64,000 nt of DNA from assembly GCA_023485445.1 (NCBI GenBank), contig JAMCZT010000026.1, positions 5,708 to 69,707 of the forward strand, written 5' to 3'. Numbering within the stretch: position 1 is the first letter of the stretch; every line of letters starts with the position of its first letter. The notes under the pieces were generated by a model. The model was not told the DNA's origin. It saw nothing but the letters and a program-made list of their open reading frames with translations, and ran no database searches. The position numbers were made by a program, and so were the translations under genes. Origin of the DNA: Patescibacteria group bacterium. GTDB taxonomy: Bacteria; Patescibacteriota; Microgenomatia; Woykebacterales; 2-01-FULL-43-14. Of this stretch, positions 58,677-64,000 are shown one piece after another.

Positions 58677-59006
58677 GTGGCTTTACTTTGGTACTTTTTT
58701 GCGGGGTTCTTCTTTTGGAATTCCGTTCCTCATTTGGTCAAAGGCATCACTGGCCAAGAACACATGACTCCTTTTAAGCGTGTTTCGTCCCCAGTCTTAA
58801 ACGTTGTTTGGTCTTTTATTAACGTTATAGTCGGTTTATTTGTCTTGGGGCTGGCGATGGGAACAGGTGGTTTCGTTTGGCCTTGGGGAGCTGATCTTAG
58901 TGGGATGAACCTTTGGGCATTTTTGGTTGGAGGTTTCTTCTGCGCAGTTTGGCTTGCTTCCTTTTGGAGCGATCCGAAAGCTCGCTTGCCTTGGCATAAA
59001 GACTGA
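58677..59006 (+). CDS. Small hydrophobic membrane protein (hypothetical)
   Basis: GTG start after the RBS aagggagg. The track alternative is TTG at 58650. There are 3-4 predicted TM segments. Confidence 0.45.
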   Translation: MALLWYFFAGFFFWNSVPHLVKGITGQEHMTPFKRVSSPVLNVVWSFINVIVGLFVLGLAMGTGGFVWPWGADLSGMNLWAFLVGGFFCAVWLASFWSDPKARLPWHKD

Positions 59007-59025
59007 GTTTGGTTATAAATTTTAG

Positions 59026-59072
59026 CAAAAACGCCCGCGAGGATTTAAAAATCTTTGCGGGCGTGGTGTTTT
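59026..59072. terminator. Bidirectional terminator between convergent genes (stem cgcccgc/gcgggcg, with an A-run on the left and a T-run on the right)
   Basis: Read directly from the sequence. Confidence 0.55.
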
Positions 59073-59437
59073 TACTTATTTCCAGTTTGCCAAATGATTG
59101 TGTTTGAATTTTTGAAGATCGCAATGTTTGAGACCGTGTCTCCGTTTCTTACTTGGGGAGCTATCGCGACCGGATCCACACCTGGATGCTTTCTTATATA
59201 CCAAGAATAAGTTCTGACAAAATCAGCGCCTGCACAATCGAAGGTTACAACTAGCATTGATCCTGTCTGTTCCTCCTGGTAACCGCACAGTGAAATCGGG
59301 GGGATGGGCGTGATGAAGGGCTTTTGTTCTGGTACGGCGTTTTCCGCCCATGCATTACTTGGAATCCAGACGGCGAGTGCTAACGCTCCCAATATCATAA
59401 GCATCGCAATAGTGTTGATGAGTCTCTCAGCTTTCAT
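59072..59437 (-). CDS. Secreted or membrane-anchored hypothetical protein (signal peptide ...SNAWA), with GC higher than the genome background
   Basis: 121 aa. The N-terminal hydrophobic region is followed by an AWA cleavage-like site. Confidence 0.5.
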   Translation of the reverse strand: MKAERLINTIAMLMILGALALAVWIPSNAWAENAVPEQKPFITPIPPISLCGYQEEQTGSMLVVTFDCAGADFVRTYSWYIRKHPGVDPVAIAPQVRNGDTVSNIAIFKNSNTIIWQTGNK

Positions 59438-59590
59438 TAGTTCTCCTTTTTATTCAAGAAATCTGCTCACTTGAGGGCGGGCAGGTTGTGCACATTATAG
59501 CAGACATTTAGTTACTTGTCAACAATATTGTTATAAATAAACATTATATTAGTGATATAAAATATTTAAAATTTTCTAAAGCAAAAAAAG

Positions 59591-59628
59591 ACCCGCAGGG
59601 ATTCGCGATGAATCATATCCCTGCGGGT
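59591..59628 (-). terminator. 12-bp perfect hairpin (acccgcagggat / atccctgcgggt, 14-nt loop) preceded on the plus strand by gcaaaaaaag. This is an intrinsic-terminator configuration for leftward (minus-strand) transcription.
   Basis: Read directly from the sequence. No minus-strand gene lies immediately to its right, where the IS element sits. Confidence 0.45.
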
Positions 59629-59715
59629 TGAGGAGATAACTATTTCCGTTTTTTGTCAATCCAGAAGTTGAGGGTAATCAAAAGAAGTTGGCACATAACC
59701 ATTAGGAGTAGATAA

Positions 59716-60523
59716 TATGGTTATGTATAAATTTAATCAAATTCCCTCAGAAGCCTAAATTAAAAAGTATCTTCGAAGGACTGTCTTCGGAAAGAATGTT
59801 TACTGTCCGGTTTGTAAATCAAGCAGAGTTTATGCCTGCCAAGATCGTTACCGTTGCCGAAAATGCCGGGTTCGTTTCTCTCTTCTTTCTCACACCTGGT
59901 TATCTAACCTTAAACTTCCCTTGCAACAGTTCTGGCTCGTTTTATGGTGTTGGACGACCCAAATTCCGGTCAGACAAACAGTATCCTTAACTAACCTCTC
60001 TGAACCAACCATCAGACATTGGTTTGAGACTTTTAGAGAACATTTACCTGTGGATCAGGAAGTATTAGAAAAAGTAGTTCAATTAGACGAGGCGTACTTT
60101 GGGGGTAAGAAAGGAAGAGCCTTACTGATGGGAAAAGAGATTGGCAGTAAGAAACTAGCCTATGAGATTCTACCGCACGCTCAACCCTCTAGAGAACATG
60201 CTTGGTTCTTTCTTCAAACATACGTTAAACCAAAAACTACCTTAAATACCGATGGTTCAAGTATCTACAAAGGAATTGATCAGTGGTGGCCAGTTAATCA
60301 CCAAAGAGATATTCATAAGAAGTTTGAATTTGAATTAACTTCTGAGATTGAAGGAATCTTTGGAGTCTTGAAAACATTCATTAGAAGAATGTATCATCAT
60401 GTTACGGTTGACAAGTTAGACTCTGTTGTAGGGGAATTTTGCTACAGATTTTCCCATCCCGAAATGTTCGAAAATCCTTGCTGTTACTTGCAATTTTCAC
60501 TACGTCTTGTGCCAACAGGTTAA
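59716..60523 (+). mobile_element. IS1595-family transposase gene. It has an N-terminal zinc ribbon (CPVCKSS...CRKC) plus the ISXO2-like DDE domain, and an apparent frameshift near the 5' end, so it is a likely pseudogene.
   Basis: The ATG at 59716 gives MVMYKFNQIPSEA, which then stops. The reading frame from 59759 continues IKKYLRRTVFGKNVYCPVCKSSRVYACQDRYRCRKC...DEAYFGG...TDGSSIYKGI...IEGIFGVLKTFIRRMYHHVTVDKLDSVVGEFCYRFSHPE. These match remembered IS1595 transposase blocks. Confidence 0.75.
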
Positions 60524-60851
60524 GAATACCCGAAAATTAGCAACTCGGGACGTGAGGTTAGACCACTAGTTGAGACGATACGCTACCAAGGTATCCTTTT
60601 CGAAGTACACCTCTCCCTTCTCCCCTGGATGGAACCATCTTAATCCGTCATTGATGGTATTGGCATAAACCAACCATCCTTCGGACAGCGGAATCGAAGA
60701 GTTTTTCCCGCTGGCTGCAAACCGCTATTCTCTCCCTAGCTTCCAGATCCACTGGGTCTGTAGCCTATAGAGTTGACTTTCAAGCTGATTTTTGGAATAA
60801 TGAAGTTGCTCTGCTTCTAGCAGAAGTAAAAAAAATTAAGGAGAGGTTACT

Positions 60852-61808
60852 GTGGGAAAAACACAGGCGACTCCCGGGCAGATCTGGGAGATGATCAAAG
60901 CACTGGGAGATAGACTCCCGAAAGAGTTAGGCCAAGTTGGCTATCATCAGGACCCAAGGTGGTACAATGAACGAGTTGCTGAACTAGTTCGCTTGTCCAG
61001 GAACTCCCCTGAAGCACAGCAGATCGAACGAATCTTATCTTCTGGGGCGTTAACCGTCGAGAGCTTGTCCAACCCTTACGCTAACGAAAAGGTCAAGCCG
61101 ACCCGGTCCTATCCTAATCCTTGGCCGGTTCTGACTCCAGAACAGTGGGCGGAAGGATACCAAAAGGCTTATCCGGATCTGGATGCTTCTTGCATCCTTG
61201 AACTGGAAAGCGGTTTGGTGATTCCGTCCTGGTGCGATCAGCGTGTGTACTGGCGACCTCGACTCGATCGTTTTGGACAGGTCATCGGAGTCAAGGACCC
61301 CTACGGCAAAGGTTATGGCCCCTGTCTGGAATGGCTGCTCAACCGGCTGGCTGAAATCTACGGTGAGGGCTTTTGCGACTATCGAAAGGGTGCCCTCACT
61401 GAAAAACACGTTCGCCTGGAGTCAACTACGCGGCAATATCTAGAGTGGATTGACTCTCAAACCAAAGGCGACTACGTGCCTGAGATTGGCTCGCTTGGTG
61501 GTTGCTATGCTGGTTACAGTGTTCGTAACTGTCGGGAAGACACAGCCAAAGTGAACAAAGATCGCTGGGCTTGGCCAGCCTTTATTGGCGGCAGCATCTT
61601 ACTGGTCGATCACGTTCGCCTCGGCAGGAACGGCCTTCTGAACATTGACTTTCCGGGGGATGAGTACGATCCTGATGGCCGGTCCCAGTTCGGCGGCTAC
61701 TGCCTGCGCTTCCGCTTCCACGACAGACTTAAGTTCTCCTGCCGCTGGATTGGCTATCCGGATGAGTACTGGGGTTCCGCTGTGGGTTTCCGTCGGTTAA
61801 GGAACTAG
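60852..61808 (+). CDS. Hypothetical protein of about 52% GC with FGE-sulfatase/C-type-lectin-like features. Possibly a former diversity-generating-retroelement target protein.
   Basis: GTG start with a strong SD (aaggagag). VLTPEQWAEGYQKAY resembles the FGE-sulfatase block LPTEAEWEYAA. The C-terminus ...GGS...R...GFRRLRN* resembles the endings of retroelement variable regions. The gene is rich in W, Y and C, and its GC stands out from the ~40% background. Confidence 0.45.
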   Translation: MGKTQATPGQIWEMIKALGDRLPKELGQVGYHQDPRWYNERVAELVRLSRNSPEAQQIERILSSGALTVESLSNPYANEKVKPTRSYPNPWPVLTPEQWAEGYQKAYPDLDASCILELESGLVIPSWCDQRVYWRPRLDRFGQVIGVKDPYGKGYGPCLEWLLNRLAEIYGEGFCDYRKGALTEKHVRLESTTRQYLEWIDSQTKGDYVPEIGSLGGCYAGYSVRNCREDTAKVNKDRWAWPAFIGGSILLVDHVRLGRNGLLNIDFPGDEYDPDGRSQFGGYCLRFRFHDRLKFSCRWIGYPDEYWGSAVGFRRLRN

Positions 61809-61884
61809 ATCCTTGAAAACTTGGTTCTTCTAGGTTCTTGTTCCTTGGTTTCGTTCCCCTTTGCGTAAAGCTTTGGGGAACAGG

Positions 61885-61925
61885 CCCGCCTTTTGTAGAA
61901 ATACTTAAGGCGGGTTTTCTTTTCT
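61885..61925 (+). terminator. Rho-independent terminator after the GC-rich ORF (8-bp stem cccgcctt/aaggcggg, then ttttcttttctc)
   Basis: Read directly from the sequence. Confidence 0.7.
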
Positions 61926-61966
61926 CTAAATTTTTTGTACAATTTCGCTAGATACTAGGTTAATGA

Positions 61967-62460
61967 ATTCTAACCTACGGGTTAGGGCCACCGAATTTTT
62001 CTGTTTCCCAAAAAGTCAGAGCCTTATCTTTCAAGGTTACTGAGGGCAAAGGAATTCCAATCGGTAATTTGACCAGTCAGCTCTTTGCCAATGTTTATCT
62101 CAATCAGCTAGATCAGTTTGTGAAGCACAGATTAAAAGCCAAATATTATTTGCGCTATGCCGATGATTTTATTCTCTTGCATCAGGATAAAGAGTTCTTA
62201 ATTCAAGCCCTTGGTGGGTTGGAACGTTTCCTCGCTGATGAACTCAAGTTAAGCCTCCACCAAACAAAATAACTCTAAGCAAGATTAATCAGGGCATTGA
62301 CTTTGTGGGTTACGTCGCTTTGCTCAACTATCAAGTTTTAAGAGCGAAAACCAGGAGAAGAATCTTCAGGAAAGTAGCTCAACAAATTCAGGAGTTTAAA
62401 CAAGGGAAAATCGGGGCAAAGCCCTTAAATCAATCAATTCAGTCCTACTTAGTATTTTAA
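61967..62460 (+). pseudogene. 5'-truncated and frameshifted reverse-transcriptase fragment of the diversity-generating-retroelement type (IGxxxSQ motif 4, YADD motif 5, thumb region after a frame shift at ~62270)
   Basis: The in-frame translation reads ...RALSFKVTEGKGIPIGNLTSQLFANVYLNQLDQFVKHRLKAKYYLRYADDFILLHQDKEFL...HQTK*. The next frame then gives TLSKINQGIDFVGYVALLNYQVLRAKTRRRIFRKVAQQIQEF.... RT motifs 1-3 are not encoded upstream, because an in-frame stop sits at 61964-66 and a terminator lies upstream. Confidence 0.7.
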
Positions 62461-62821
62461 TTCACGCTAATAATCATAGAATGATTTGAAAAATGAGATT
62501 TTATTTTGTCCTACTAAACCAGGCTTTTAAGCCAGGGATACAGTAAGAATCAGGACAGAAAGACGGAAACTATGGACTTTAGCCCACGGAGGACGTTATT
62601 TAGCCTAGGCAAATTAACTTTCTCACTCTAGCTTCGTTTTCCGAAAAAATAAAAGTTTCTCGCGGTTCGAATTTCAGAAGATAAAAGTGGGAATTTAGCG
62701 AGGCCAGTCAATCTTTTTAGACACTTCGGTCACCTATGATGCCCGACTTGGCTAGCTTTAGCCAACACGTTTAGAACCTTTGGTTGGGAAATTTACCCCA
62801 CCATGTTACTTATTACTGTTT

Positions 62822-62860
62822 GAGAAAAAGAAAAACCGCCTCAGTTTTCACTTTGGCGGT
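62822..62860 (-). terminator. Intrinsic terminator for the minus-strand gene at 62886-63395 (stem aaccgcc/ggcggtt, with a T-run on the minus strand)
   Basis: Read directly from the sequence. Confidence 0.6.
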
Positions 62861-62885
62861 TGATTCAGCCTTTTTCCTTTCTCAG

Positions 62886-63395
62886 TTAATGAAGAATGCC
62901 TGCGATAATAAATGACAAGTACCAAAGATAGATCTTGGGTATTGCTTGAATCCCCTTGTACACCAGAAGAGCTTTCACGTCAGGCGCTTTTAGAAAGCTA
63001 ACCGTTCGTTTACGTGGACGAAAGAGGAAAATCCCTAATGCTACAGGTATTAGCAGTGATAGTCCTGCAAAGATTGGATTTCCTGTTTTTGTTACCAAGG
63101 CTGAAGCTGCAATCACAGGTACGATAAGAAATGTGGTTGCTAAAATAATGTTGAATCCTGCAGCGAGAAATAAAGACTCGGATATCACGCTTAAGTATTC
63201 TCCTCTGTCCAAACGGATCTCCCATTCAAACGTCGTCAGGTGCAGACTTTTACCTTGGTTTTTTCTGAGGAATTTTAGGAATGGATCCCAGATTTCCAGT
63301 CCCGTTGCGACAACTGCCAAAGCTACAATAGGCGCCAGTAATTCTTTCGGCATTTTTCTTTCTCCCTTCGTTTTCAGATACTGAATTTGTGACAA
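62886..63395 (-). CDS. Hypothetical integral membrane protein (169 aa, ~4 TM)
   Basis: Hydrophobic segments APIVALAVVATGL, FLAAGFNIILATTFLIVPVIAASALV, IFAGLSLLIPVALGIFLF and LWYLSFIIAGIL. Confidence 0.5.
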   Translation of the reverse strand: MSQIQYLKTKGERKMPKELLAPIVALAVVATGLEIWDPFLKFLRKNQGKSLHLTTFEWEIRLDRGEYLSVISESLFLAAGFNIILATTFLIVPVIAASALVTKTGNPIFAGLSLLIPVALGIFLFRPRKRTVSFLKAPDVKALLVYKGIQAIPKIYLWYLSFIIAGILH

Positions 63396-63500
63396 ATTAT
63401 ATCATTGATTAACAAAATTATCAATTATAGGGTTGGATGATAGGTTAAATAATGGTAAAATATATTGATATAACAAGATAAAATATGGTTCGAAAGTCAT

Positions 63501-63574
63501 TGGCTGCGGGACTAGGATTCGAACCTAGGTAACATGCTCCAGGGGCATGTGTCCTACCGCTAGACGATCCCGCA
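63501..63574 (-). tRNA. tRNA-Gln (anticodon CUG), with an encoded CCA end
   Basis: The revcomp reads TGCGGGATCGTCTAGCGGTAGGACACATGCCCCTGGAGCATGTTACCTAGGTTCGAATCCTAGTCCCGCAGCCA. It has a U1-A72 pair and G73 (typical of bacterial tRNA-Gln), a T-arm CTAGG-TTCGAAT-CCTAG, and an anticodon arm CATGC-CCCTGGA-GCATG. Position 33 is C rather than U, which is unusual. Confidence 0.78.
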
Positions 63575-63768
63575 ATACTGCTTAAAAAAATTCGACAGGA
63601 TCTACAAAAGAGATTCTATCGCTTCACCGGCAAAGCCGGATTCGCTCTAGAATGACAGTAATTGATAGCCTGACGACAGTACACTCCATTATACCGAATT
63701 TTGAGGCTAAAGACAAATACGATCCCAAAATTATTTACATTATCTACCTAATAGGCTACACTTTCTTT

Positions 63769-64000
63769 ATGATTGAAGTAGAAAAGAAGCTTCTCTTAAC
63801 GGAAACAGAAACGGAAAAATTAATTCAAGGGGCATCTTTCCTGGGTGAAAAGACTTTTACCGATGCTTACTATGATAATGAAAATTATGACTTGACTAGA
63901 AACGATCTTTGGTTAAGGACTCGAGATGGAAGATTCGAACTAAAAGTCCCTTTAAATGAAGGAAAAAGCGCGCACGAAAGAATTTTAGACCGGTACCGGG
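63769..64000 (+). CDS. CYTH-domain protein (triphosphate tunnel metalloenzyme, adenylate cyclase class IV-like), N-terminal part. The gene continues beyond the window end.
   Basis: MIEVEKKLLLTETETEKLIQGASFLGEKTFTDAYYDNENYDLTRNDLWLRTRDGRFELKVP matches the CYTH N-terminal EXEXK and beta-strand pattern. Confidence 0.6.
   Translation, partial: MIEVEKKLLLTETETEKLIQGASFLGEKTFTDAYYDNENYDLTRNDLWLRTRDGRFELKVPLNEGKSAHERILDRYR

Noticed and set aside
61809-62000. Search for a template repeat between the FGE-like ORF and the RT fragment
   Set aside because: The 180-bp spacer is T-rich and ends in a terminator hairpin. It shows no near-identity to the 3' end of the upstream ORF, so no template repeat can be claimed.
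62461-62885. Possible template repeat or group II intron domain downstream of the RT fragment
   Set aside because: No resemblance to the 3' end of the candidate target and no domain V-like motif were seen. Only weak, short palindromes are present.
1-64000. CRISPR arrays, rRNA genes and prophage structural genes
   Set aside because: No regularly spaced direct repeats with unique spacers, no rRNA-like conserved stretches and no phage capsid, portal or terminase-like ORFs were seen in the six-frame translations.

Overview
This is a dense, mostly plus-strand coding window of about 40% GC from a bacterium. It has four parts.

- **Housekeeping start (1-3.3 kb):** the 5' part of secA and purD, both on the minus strand.
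- **Cell-surface glycan locus (3.5-38.6 kb, ~35 kb):** a Dpm1/GtrA-fusion GT2, rmlACBD, galE, yvcK(glmR)-glmS, two paralogous Wzx-like flippases, four SAM methyltransferases, about sixteen GT2/GT4 glycosyltransferases, wecB, gmhA, a Wzy/O-antigen-ligase-like protein with a large extracytoplasmic insert, manC, an initiating polyprenyl-phosphate sugar transferase and a large membrane-anchored protein. Several genes occur as paralog pairs, which suggests two parallel assembly lines.
- **Housekeeping and division genes (38.7-55.1 kb):** recO, glyQS, a tandem acpP plus ACP-like pair on the minus strand, and a division/cell-wall cluster. That cluster is mraZ (with its triple GTGG operator repeats and promoter visible), rsmH, ftsL-like, ftsI, murE, a GlmU uridyltransferase-domain-only gene, a HAD hydrolase, pgeF, murC, murB, murA, ddl and murF. 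Its gene content and order are atypical.
- **3' end (55.4-64 kb):** a 400-bp GC-richer noncoding region, small nucleotide-housekeeping genes (HD, NUDIX, alpha/beta hydrolase), and a GC-anomalous island. The island holds a secreted hypothetical protein, a frameshifted IS1595-family transposase, an FGE-sulfatase-like ORF at about 52% GC, and a 5'-truncated and frameshifted diversity-generating-retroelement-type reverse transcriptase fragment carrying the IGNLTSQ motif. It ends at a minus-strand tRNA-Gln(CUG), and a partial CYTH-domain gene follows.

No CRISPR array and no rRNA were seen. All calls rest on reading the translations and sequence by eye against remembered family motifs; no database search was possible.
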